The notes beneath the pieces are model-generated. The model ran no database searches and was not told where the DNA came from. It saw only the letters and a program-made list of their open reading frames with translations. DNA of 33,598 nucleotides, from IMG/VR virus record IMGVR_UViG_3300014656_000084, positions 1-33,598 of that record. One strand, 5' to 3'. The translations under genes and the position numbers were made by a program. Position 1 is the stretch's first letter; each line of letters starts with the position of its first letter. Shown in pieces: positions 1 to 7,329 of this stretch. Source of the stretch: a virus. Its lineage: Duplodnaviria; Caudoviricetes.

Positions 1-123
1 CACGGCGAGGCACTCGCTAGGAAGCATGGTGAACTGGAATGGTGGAATAAGACAGGTGTTAATATATTGAAATATTTATTGATGGAAGCCGAAAATTATA
101 TAAAGGAAGGAGAATAGAATATG
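1..123. repeat. Terminal direct repeat (123 bp), identical to 33476-33598; contig circularisation overlap
   Basis: Exact identity of both contig ends; the reading frames join across it (end of the 32999 gene, RBS, ATG of ERF). Confidence 0.97.
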
Positions 124-984
124 CCAATATATGATAACCACCAATCTGATAACATTGTCAACCTTGCAAAGGCACTTATAAAAGTTCAGGCGGTGCTTGA
201 AGAAGCCAAAAAGGATTCCGAAAACCCCTATTACCATAGCACCTATGCCGACCTGACATCAGTGTGGGGTGTGTGCAGAAAACCACTATCCGATAATGGG
301 CTATGTGTAGTACAAACAATGGGATATGACGAAGGACACCCTCTTTTGATTTATACAACACTATTGCACGAAACAGGTGAATGGGTAAGAAGCACACTGT
401 CTATCCAACCTGTGAAGAATGACCCGCAAGCTACCGGCTCGGCAATAACTTATGGCAGACGGTATTCACTGGCAGCTATAGTCGGTGTATGCCCCGAAGA
501 TGATGATGCGGAAAGTGCCACTGACCATAAACCACAACCAAAGCCTGCACAGAAGCCACCAGAGAAGCAACAGACCGCTTCTACTGCTAAACCTGATACC
601 CAAGCCACACGGACTGACCATTGGTGTGAGGAACATCAGACCAACTACTTTATGAAGGGTAAAATGAAAGGCTATGCTCACCCGATAGGTGATACAGGTA
701 CGTGGTGTCACGAACACAGGGAAGAAAAGCCACCGGCAAAAGAAGAACCCGCACCAGTAACGCCAGAAGAACAAACAGGAGCTTTTGATTGGGCTGTAGT
801 CGAGGACTGGATAAAGGAAATCAACTGGACAAAAGCATGGACCGGCTGGATCCATGCCAACATCAAACCTTGCCCTGACGACCTGACCGGGGGCTTGGAG
901 CCGGTTATGGGTAGAGTATCACCGGAGAACCAGCAGAAGTTCTACGATAAAATCAAGGAAATGCACGACCTGAAAATGAAATAA
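121..984 (+). CDS. erf: ERF-family single-strand annealing recombination protein
   Basis: N-terminal KDSENPYYHSTYADL...HETGEW...DPQATGSAITYGRRYSLAAIVGVCPEDDDAE ERF signature; Pro/Gln linker; CEEH...H...C putative Zn site further downstream. Confidence 0.92.
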   Translation: MPIYDNHQSDNIVNLAKALIKVQAVLEEAKKDSENPYYHSTYADLTSVWGVCRKPLSDNGLCVVQTMGYDEGHPLLIYTTLLHETGEWVRSTLSIQPVKNDPQATGSAITYGRRYSLAAIVGVCPEDDDAESATDHKPQPKPAQKPPEKQQTASTAKPDTQATRTDHWCEEHQTNYFMKGKMKGYAHPIGDTGTWCHEHREEKPPAKEEPAPVTPEEQTGAFDWAVVEDWIKEINWTKAWTGWIHANIKPCPDDLTGGLEPVMGRVSPENQQKFYDKIKEMHDLKMK

Positions 985-1011
985 AATTATAAAAGGAGAT
1001 TAAAGGCAATT

Positions 1012-1395
1012 ATGGAACAAAAAGAGAAACAGACTAATCCGGCAGTTATTATTATCAGGAAGGAGAAACACCAGTTACCGTGTAAGCTCACACAGGGAGA
1101 GTATAACGCTAAAAGTGAAGAATTATCTACTACTACTCTAGCCATTACAGCAGAAGAGGAACGGCAGAAAAGCGTAAAAGACCAAATGAAATACCAGCTA
1201 TCGGAATTAACATCTAAACAGACCAGCCTCGCCCACGTTGTATCACGTAAGGAAGAATACAGAGAAGTAGAATGTACCGTGGAATTACATTCAAATGATA
1301 CCGTAAGAATTATAAGGGATGACACCGGGGAAATATATTCTCAACGCTCGGCATACGATGATGAAAAACAACTACGTATGCCTGTAGAATCATAA
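1012..1395 (+). CDS. Hypothetical phage protein (coiled-coil)
   Basis: AAGGAG RBS upstream; 127-aa ORF in operon context. Confidence 0.75.
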   Translation: MEQKEKQTNPAVIIIRKEKHQLPCKLTQGEYNAKSEELSTTTLAITAEEERQKSVKDQMKYQLSELTSKQTSLAHVVSRKEEYREVECTVELHSNDTVRIIRDDTGEIYSQRSAYDDEKQLRMPVES

Positions 1396-1407
1396 TAGGA
1401 GGTAGCC

Positions 1408-1638
1408 ATGAAACAATTTTATACTTGTTGGGTTGAGGGTACAAGTGGTGGTTATGGCAGTAAGCACACTACCTTTGTTAGTGCAAAGACTGAATCAGAA
1501 AGACTAGCCAATCTAGCAGAGAATAAGGGCAAGACGGTTTATGTCCTCTGTTGTTTAGGGTACACAAAAGTTGTTACAACAGTATGGGAAAACTGCGAAA
1601 TCGATGAAACCGATGAAACCGATGAAATGCCATTTTAG
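1408..1638 (+). CDS. Hypothetical protein, flanked by TAGGAGGTAGCC direct repeats
   Basis: AGGAGG RBS; 76-aa ORF ending in a DETDETDEMPF acidic tail. Confidence 0.75.
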   Translation: MKQFYTCWVEGTSGGYGSKHTTFVSAKTESERLANLAENKGKTVYVLCCLGYTKVVTTVWENCEIDETDETDEMPF

Positions 1639-1653
1639 GAGGTAGCCTATGAC

Positions 1654-1722
1654 ATGAAACTACAACTGAATAAACTAGCCAAGTTTATAGAAAATAAAAA
1701 AGAAAGGAAGTCTAAACACTAA
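1654..1722 (+). CDS. 22-aa Lys-rich mini-ORF (MKLQLNKLAKFIENKKERKSKH)
   Basis: Read manually; follows AGGAGG and an overlapping ATG-ACA-TGA minigene at 1649-1657. Confidence 0.35.
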   Translation: MKLQLNKLAKFIENKKERKSKH

Positions 1723-1778
1723 AAGGGCATCAAGAGGGGAGGGTACTCTCACACCCTCCTCCTTGAAAGGAGCGGAAG

Positions 1779-2123
1779 TTGGAAAATTTGACATTGGAAG
1801 ATATTGAAAAAGCCATTGTTATAGCTGAGGAAAGAAATATTATATTATACTCTGTTGAAGCATCCTATAAATCTTGCAGGGATATTAAAATGCTGCCATC
1901 GTTTTATCCGGTAAAAGAGGATAGTATACTAACCATGTATCGTGGTGTACGGATAATATCTTCCGCATGGATTCCTGACGATATGGCGGTGCTGACTTAT
2001 ATTACAAGATGGGGTACAAGGAAAGTAGTTATTGATAATATAGGGACTAATCCTCCCTTGACCAGAAGGAGAATCGATGAAAGGCATATTACTAAAACCA
2101 GACCTGATAAGAGCTACTGTTGA
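1779..2123 (+). CDS. Hypothetical protein
   Basis: TTG start after AAGGAG; 114 aa. Confidence 0.6.
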   Translation: MENLTLEDIEKAIVIAEERNIILYSVEASYKSCRDIKMLPSFYPVKEDSILTMYRGVRIISSAWIPDDMAVLTYITRWGTRKVVIDNIGTNPPLTRRRIDERHITKTRPDKSYC

Positions 2124-2703
2124 GGGTAGAAAGACACATACCCGCAGGCTGAGAGGCTTGGAGAAGATTAACGAGTGTCCTGATGATTGGGAATTGGAGA
2201 ATCCTGAATATGCAATCACAATTCCTGAAGGTGCGTTTGTATTCCGTAATAGAACAAACGAGTTGGTTATGGTCAAGCCATACGTCAAAATAGGGGAGAC
2301 AGCCTATATCAAAGAGGCTTGGCGGTTCTTCGGGTGGGATTATGAAGAAGGGCAATTTAGACTAGAGTACAAAGATGGTGGTGTAGGTATTTGGCTTTGT
2401 TTAACCGAAGAAATATTTGGTAAATACTGGTATGCTGGTATAGACTTACAAGATGATAAATGGAGACCTCCTCTCTTCATGCCTGAGTTTGCATCGAGGC
2501 ACAAAGTTAATTTCCTTTCAGCCGTTCCAAAGAGGCTACATGATATGACTGAGGAAGATATTAAGGCAGAGGGTTTTGATGGTAATTACACTAATATTGG
2601 ATATTACTATGTTTTTGGACAAGCTTGGAACTCAATGAATCCCGACCACACTTGGGATAAAAACGAGTGGGTGATAGATTATGGTTTCAGATTGGAGAAG
2701 TGA
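2077..2703 (+). CDS. ASCH/PUA-like domain phage protein, copy 1
   Basis: MKGILLKPDLIRATVEGRKTHTRR N-terminus, YIKEAW, WRPPLFMPEFASR, RLHDMTEEDIKAEG and W..NEWV motifs typical of this phage family. Confidence 0.8.
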   Translation: MKGILLKPDLIRATVEGRKTHTRRLRGLEKINECPDDWELENPEYAITIPEGAFVFRNRTNELVMVKPYVKIGETAYIKEAWRFFGWDYEEGQFRLEYKDGGVGIWLCLTEEIFGKYWYAGIDLQDDKWRPPLFMPEFASRHKVNFLSAVPKRLHDMTEEDIKAEGFDGNYTNIGYYYVFGQAWNSMNPDHTWDKNEWVIDYGFRLEK

Positions 2704-2870
2704 TGCCAGAAATAATAAAAGTGAACGGTAAGAACAAGATAGAGCATACCTGTGATTGCGGTGCTGTCAGATTATTGCCCTGCGATAGGAACGGCAAGGT
2801 CAGGAACACGACAGGGCTGTGCGAGAAATGCTCACGGAAAGCCAATAACTTTATTGTGAGGGGAAGGTAG
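2703..2870 (+). CDS. Small Zn-ribbon-like protein
   Basis: TGATG overlap with the upstream stop; CDCG and CEKC motifs; start at 2703 preferred over 2667. Confidence 0.65.
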   Translation: MPEIIKVNGKNKIEHTCDCGAVRLLPCDRNGKVRNTTGLCEKCSRKANNFIVRGR

Positions 2871-2871
2871 G

Positions 2872-3423
2872 ATGAAAATATTAATAGCTTGTGAATTTAG
2901 CGGTATTGTAAGAGAAGCATTTAAGGCTAGAGGACATAATGTGTGGAGTTGTGACTTATTACCTACCGAAATACCAGGACAGCATATACAGGATGATATA
3001 CTGAAACACCTTGACGATGGTTGGGACTTGATGATTGCTCACCCGTATTGTACAGATACTGCTATTTCTGGGGCCCGGTGGTTTCCTGAGAAGATAGCTG
3101 ATGGTAGACAGCAAAAAGCTATAGGTTTCTTTCTAGTATTGGCTACTGCCGATATTCCCAAGATAGCACTGGAACATCCTATATCCATAATGTCAACAGT
3201 TTATAGAAAACCCGACCAGATAATACAACCTTGGCAATTTGGCCATGGTGAGATAAAGGCTACCTGCCTGTGGTTAAAGAACCTTTCATTACTACGACCT
3301 ACCAATATAGTGGATGGTCGTGAGGCAAGAGTTCATAGAGAGCCACCGTCATCCGACCGATGGAAGAATAGGTCAAGAACATTACCTGGTATAGCAAAAG
3401 CAATGGCAGAACAATGGGGCTAA
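2872..3423 (+). CDS. Short phage DNA cytosine (C5) methyltransferase-like protein
   Basis: LIACEFSG (motif I-like), WSCD, MIAHPYCT (motif IV-like, usually HPPCT), ALEHP (ENP-like), QPWQFGH, KATCLWL, RSRT..GIAKAMAEQWG. Confidence 0.85.
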   Translation: MKILIACEFSGIVREAFKARGHNVWSCDLLPTEIPGQHIQDDILKHLDDGWDLMIAHPYCTDTAISGARWFPEKIADGRQQKAIGFFLVLATADIPKIALEHPISIMSTVYRKPDQIIQPWQFGHGEIKATCLWLKNLSLLRPTNIVDGREARVHREPPSSDRWKNRSRTLPGIAKAMAEQWG

Positions 3424-3463
3424 CAGGTGTAGCCAATAACTTTGTGATTAAAGGGAGGCAAGC

Positions 3464-3811
3464 ATGAAAAAGTATTTACTGAGTGACGAGCAGATATTTG
3501 ACAGCATTGACCTAAGCGAAGAGAGGGAATACAAAAAAGGTGGACGCAGTCTATACACCGTTAATGTTGATAAGTTACTTCAAGCACAAATAGAACACCT
3601 GCTGGCGATGGGCTGGCTACCTGAAGATGAAGTTGAGAAAATTAAGCAGTCCGAGAGAGAACGGATGATAAAACTATTCAAAGAATACTTCCCTTGTATG
3701 CCTGATATGTTTGGTCACGGTTGCGACCAAGACGATACCGATTGTAGTAAGTGCAGTCATATCACATCAGTTATAGATGATGTTGAGAAAGCCCTAAAGG
3801 ACGGCAGTTGA
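3464..3811 (+). CDS. Hypothetical protein with Cys-rich C-terminus
   Basis: GGGAGG RBS; 115 aa. Confidence 0.7.
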   Translation: MKKYLLSDEQIFDSIDLSEEREYKKGGRSLYTVNVDKLLQAQIEHLLAMGWLPEDEVEKIKQSERERMIKLFKEYFPCMPDMFGHGCDQDDTDCSKCSHITSVIDDVEKALKDGS

Positions 3812-3911
3812 ACCTCTATCCTTTGTACCGCCCAATCCCAATGCTGATTTTGCGAACAACAGGCTGTATAACGGTTTGGACAGTTATCTATCTGAATTGA
3901 GCGCAAAGGAC

Positions 3912-3940
3912 TTGACATTGTAATAACATTGTAGTATAAT
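3912..3940 (+). promoter_or_regulatory. Consensus sigma70 promoter of the replication operon, with internal ACATTGTA direct repeats
   Basis: TTGACA (3912-3917), 17-bp spacer, TATAAT (3935-3940); ACATTGTA at 3915-3922 and 3926-3933. Confidence 0.85.
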
Positions 3941-3947
3941 CGTAATT

Positions 3948-4136
3948 ATGAATATTAAAGAATTAGAAACAGGATTGGAAACTAAAACAGAACAGGTTAT
4001 ATTCCGGTTGACTTCCGAAGAGAAACAGGGATTATTCAAAGAGGCACAGAAGTTAGGTATCTCCACTTCTGCCTTTATCCGCTTACTCTACCGTTCATGG
4101 CTAAACGGAAACGTCAACATTAACTCTATGAGGTAA
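3948..4136 (+). CDS. Ribbon-helix-helix (CopG/MobC-like) DNA-binding protein
   Basis: KTEQVIFRLTSEEK...AQKLGISTSAFIRLL RHH pattern. Confidence 0.75.
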   Translation: MNIKELETGLETKTEQVIFRLTSEEKQGLFKEAQKLGISTSAFIRLLYRSWLNGNVNINSMR

Positions 4137-4138
4137 TT

Positions 4139-4540
4139 ATGAATATGGAAGTATTTATAGCTACCAGAGAGGCGGAGCGTTGCCTCTTAGGTGCTATACT
4201 GATACAACACGCATTATCTACCACATACTTGGGCTTACCGAGTGCTATAGAATCAGTACGCAATATCATTAATCCAGATGATATTTACGACCAGCAAAAC
4301 AGGCGCATACTCACAGCTATGTTTAATTGCCAAAAGCCTCACCAGATTAACGTAGCACAGGAATTACACAGGACGGATAAACTTCAGCGTGGGGATTGTA
4401 CCCACATGAGCCATTGCATTATAGAGTGCCCCTGCTCGTTAGACTATGATTCCTATGCACAGGCTGTCAAAAACTATTCCAATATGAGAAAAGGTATAGA
4501 GCTTAAAAAGAAACCAGTAATAATAGGCGGTATAAATTGA
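4139..4540 (+). CDS. Stand-alone DnaB N-terminal-domain-like protein
   Basis: EAERCLLGAIL...PDDIYDQQNRRILTAM resembles the DnaB N-terminal EAEqavLGaiL...pedFy...hr.If.am pattern. Confidence 0.7.
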   Translation: MNMEVFIATREAERCLLGAILIQHALSTTYLGLPSAIESVRNIINPDDIYDQQNRRILTAMFNCQKPHQINVAQELHRTDKLQRGDCTHMSHCIIECPCSLDYDSYAQAVKNYSNMRKGIELKKKPVIIGGIN

Positions 4541-5802
4541 CTGAATTAGAAATACCTGCGTTTAGTAAAGACCTGAATGGTTATGCTCTTTACTGGCCAT
4601 CTATAGATATAACTATGAAGTGTGAACGTGTTTCAGATGATGCTAAGGGTGAATTAGTGGTAATACATGACAACGGTATTGGCACTAAAGAGCTTCTCCG
4701 GACAAGCGTAAACCTGATGTCTCTGCCGACAATGGACAAAATAGCTACCAGGTTATTAAAAAACTCCAAAGACATTGACTGGCAAGCAGCACTTCAATAC
4801 TGTACCAAGTTAGTTGTATCTGCTCTCCGTGAAGGCGGAATACAGGAAAATATAAATCAAGAGCCTAAAATAATGAGAATACCTTTATTGATTGACCCGA
4901 TAATACCTCTTAATATGCCGACCACCATCTTCTCAGCAGGTGGTAAGGGAAAATCTACCATAGCAGATTACTTCGCTATCCTTGTACAGTTCGGTATCTG
5001 TGCTGACGGTAATCTACCCTTTGTCCCGATGCAAGCGAATGTCCTCTATCTTGATTGGGAAGCCGATGCTGATACTCACCGGAGATATATTACCGCTATT
5101 AAAAGGGGATTACATATTGACAATGACGAACCAATCCTGTACAGGCAAATGAGTAATCCTCTTATCAATTCAGTGGAGTATGTACGCAGCCAGGTAGCAC
5201 AATTCGATATTGGTTTTATCATCATAGATTCCGTAATGGCTGCCACCGCTACCAGTGGACACGGACAAAGCGAGTCCACTATTGCTTCTGAGTTCTATAA
5301 CTGCCTTAATTCTTTCCGGTGTACTTCATTATCTATCGACCACATAACTAAATCTGATATGTCCAGCAACCAGGCTACCGCACCATTCGGTAGTGTCTCA
5401 AAGTTTAACAGGTCCCGAGCGCAGTATGAATTAAAATCAGATGATGATGATAGCGACCACAAAGAGTATGCGCTGGTATCAAAGAAGTTTAACCCGGGAC
5501 GGAGCCGGAAGCCGATAGGAATGGCGGTAGACTTTTACAATGATAGCGATGATACATTACAAAGTATACGCTTCTCAGCCTGTGATATTGGCAGTAATAA
5601 TGATTTAGCTGAAAGGGTATTAACCAAGCGGCAGCGTATAATAAATATTTTGCAATCAGAAGGCACAGCAGCTATTAAGGATATTGCCGAAATGTTGAAC
5701 GAGCCGGACAATACAAAAAGTATCGGTGTTATACTGGCAAAAGACAAGAAAACATTTGTAAAAATCGGTACTGGAAAATATGGGTTGTTAGAAAATTTTT
5801 GA
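4537..5802 (+). CDS. RecA-fold AAA_25/RepA-like replicative helicase with C-terminal winged helix
   Basis: Walker A AGGKGKST, VLYLDWE, Walker B FIIIDS, IDHITK, PFGS; C-terminal AIKDIAEML helix-turn-helix. Confidence 0.85.
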   Translation: MTELEIPAFSKDLNGYALYWPSIDITMKCERVSDDAKGELVVIHDNGIGTKELLRTSVNLMSLPTMDKIATRLLKNSKDIDWQAALQYCTKLVVSALREGGIQENINQEPKIMRIPLLIDPIIPLNMPTTIFSAGGKGKSTIADYFAILVQFGICADGNLPFVPMQANVLYLDWEADADTHRRYITAIKRGLHIDNDEPILYRQMSNPLINSVEYVRSQVAQFDIGFIIIDSVMAATATSGHGQSESTIASEFYNCLNSFRCTSLSIDHITKSDMSSNQATAPFGSVSKFNRSRAQYELKSDDDDSDHKEYALVSKKFNPGRSRKPIGMAVDFYNDSDDTLQSIRFSACDIGSNNDLAERVLTKRQRIINILQSEGTAAIKDIAEMLNEPDNTKSIGVILAKDKKTFVKIGTGKYGLLENF

Positions 5803-5990
5803 GGCTAAATAAAAAAGTTGTTAGAAGGTTGTTAGATTTTTTTCTAACAAGGGGTTGAGACTAGATGGAAAAGTTGTTAGAAATTTTTGAGGCTAATCTA
5901 ACAAAGTTGTTAGAAGTTAGAATCTGGTTAGCTAACAAAACACTACTACTCTTTAGAGTAGTGTTGTTAGTTATTTGTTAGATGTTAGAA
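5784..5990. repeat. Iteron-like repeat cluster with hairpin; putative replication origin
   Basis: GTTGTTAGA at 5784, 5817, 5828, 5873 and 5906, plus partial copies at 5963-5990; inverted (T)CTAACAA at 5843, 5897 and 5932; hairpin at 5932-5970; AT-rich; directly after the helicase. Confidence 0.8.
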
Positions 5991-6148
5991 AATAAGGAGG
6001 TAAAAAATGTCCCCAGAGAATTAGAGCTAAAATAAATAGATAATGCAAAGAGTATGAGCCTTTTGTATTAGATTTTAGTAAAGGCAGACCAGACCCCCTC
6101 TGGTTAGATGTGCATGGCGATAGAACTTGCTGACATAGGCTACTGAAA

Positions 6149-6679
6149 GTGTATATGAAATCATTTTTATTCAAACCTGAAATGCTAAAAGCCTTTGTAG
6201 AGGGTAGAAAGACCCTAACTAGCCTATTGCATGGGCTGAAAGAGATTAATGAGAATCCTGGTGATTGGTATTGTTTACTTAGGGACAAGTTATCAGGTGA
6301 TTATCTTGTTAAATGCAAAATCACAGGTAAACAAGTAATAGTCAAGCCCCGCTTTCAGGTGGGTGATAAGTTCTACTGCAAAGAGGGTTATTGGGTAGAT
6401 AGCAAGTGGAAATCACACCTATTAATGCCTGAATGGGCAGCAAGGTACTTCGGGGAGATAACATCAGTTAAACTCGATAGACTTCAGAATATGACTGAGA
6501 AGGATGCCGTGGATGAGGGAGTTGATTACAGCACAGGTCATGCGGACAAAAAAGAATGGACTCGTATAAATTCCTTTATCGACTTGTGGGACTCAACCAA
6601 CAAGGTCTATACGTGGGAGAAAAACCCCTGGGTCTGGACATACGGAATAAAACTAACAGCCTATCCGGTTAATTCCTAA
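6149..6679 (+). CDS. ASCH/PUA-like domain phage protein, copy 2
   Basis: Paralog of 2077-2703 (FKPEMLKAFVEGRKT, YCKEGYW, WKSHLLMPEWAAR, RLQNMTEKDAVDEG, WEKNPWVW). Confidence 0.78.
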   Translation: MYMKSFLFKPEMLKAFVEGRKTLTSLLHGLKEINENPGDWYCLLRDKLSGDYLVKCKITGKQVIVKPRFQVGDKFYCKEGYWVDSKWKSHLLMPEWAARYFGEITSVKLDRLQNMTEKDAVDEGVDYSTGHADKKEWTRINSFIDLWDSTNKVYTWEKNPWVWTYGIKLTAYPVNS

Positions 6680-6693
6680 ACGAGCCTATAGGC

Positions 6694-6725
6694 TTGAAAA
6701 AGGACATCCACTCTTATGATATACT
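6694..6725 (+). promoter_or_regulatory. Possible promoter of the membrane-protein gene
   Basis: TTGAAA at 6694-6699 and extended -10 TGaTATACT at 6717-6725; spacing is not canonical. Confidence 0.4.
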
Positions 6726-6743
6726 GATTAAAAGGAGGAGACA

Positions 6744-7244
6744 ATGGAAGAAAAATCAGATGAAATAAAGGCATTGGATACCTATTATGAAACGGCAAAC
6801 ACTGAATATGACCGCATCCACAAAGTATTTGACCAGATAGATAATAAAGTTGGGTTTTTAATTGCTATAATAATAGGCATACCAGTAGCAACTATTGGAT
6901 TTGCATCTCAATTAAAGCAGAGTGATTTTAATATACCCTCTCTGATATTTGGAGCAATTGGGCTTCTATCCTTTTTGGGCGCTGGTTGGTTCACAATGCA
7001 AGCTATTAAGGTTAGGGATGTAAAGCTAGGCGTGCCGTACGCTGAATTTAGGCAGTTTGTAAGGGAATATGATGACATAACTATGCGTGAATGGGTTGCC
7101 GAAGCCTTAATGAAATCATCTGAACACAATTATCCCATGACATTAAAAAAGGGGAAATGCATTCGCCTGATTGAACCCTTTCTTCTTGTTGAGACAGTAG
7201 CCTTTTTATCGGCTATAATATCTATACTAATCGGCAATTTATAA
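6744..7244 (+). CDS. Three-TM membrane protein, Pycsar-effector-like topology; probable moron
   Basis: AAGGAGG RBS; IDNKVGFLIAIIIG TM1, second TM, soluble linker, N....KK followed by a C-terminal TM. Confidence 0.7.
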   Translation: MEEKSDEIKALDTYYETANTEYDRIHKVFDQIDNKVGFLIAIIIGIPVATIGFASQLKQSDFNIPSLIFGAIGLLSFLGAGWFTMQAIKVRDVKLGVPYAEFRQFVREYDDITMREWVAEALMKSSEHNYPMTLKKGKCIRLIEPFLLVETVAFLSAIISILIGNL

Positions 7245-7329
7245 ACCTTTAACACCATTTTACTGAAGGAACTGAAATAGAGGGAGTGCCCCTTGTGCTA
7301 TGGATTTATTGAGGTAAAGGAGGTAAAGA

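Noticed and set aside
1-123. 123-bp terminal repeat as a biological genome terminus
   Set aside because: It falls mid-operon across a gene end and start, which is typical of assembler circular overlap; nothing supports a physical terminus.
92-997. AAAATTATA(T)AAAGGA on both sides of erf as another cassette repeat
   Set aside because: Low-complexity AT-rich sequence plus SD, with an indel; chance is too likely to count it.
1602-1627. 9-bp tandem repeat CGATGAAAC, about three copies
   Set aside because: Simple in-frame slippage encoding DETDETDE; no further structure.
3801-3923. Open frame starting at ACG and running into the replication promoter
   Set aside because: No valid start codon or recognisable motif; at most a gene remnant.
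5784-5990. Repeat cluster as a CRISPR or mini-array
   Set aside because: Units are 7-9 bp, in both orientations and irregularly spaced, with no spacer structure.
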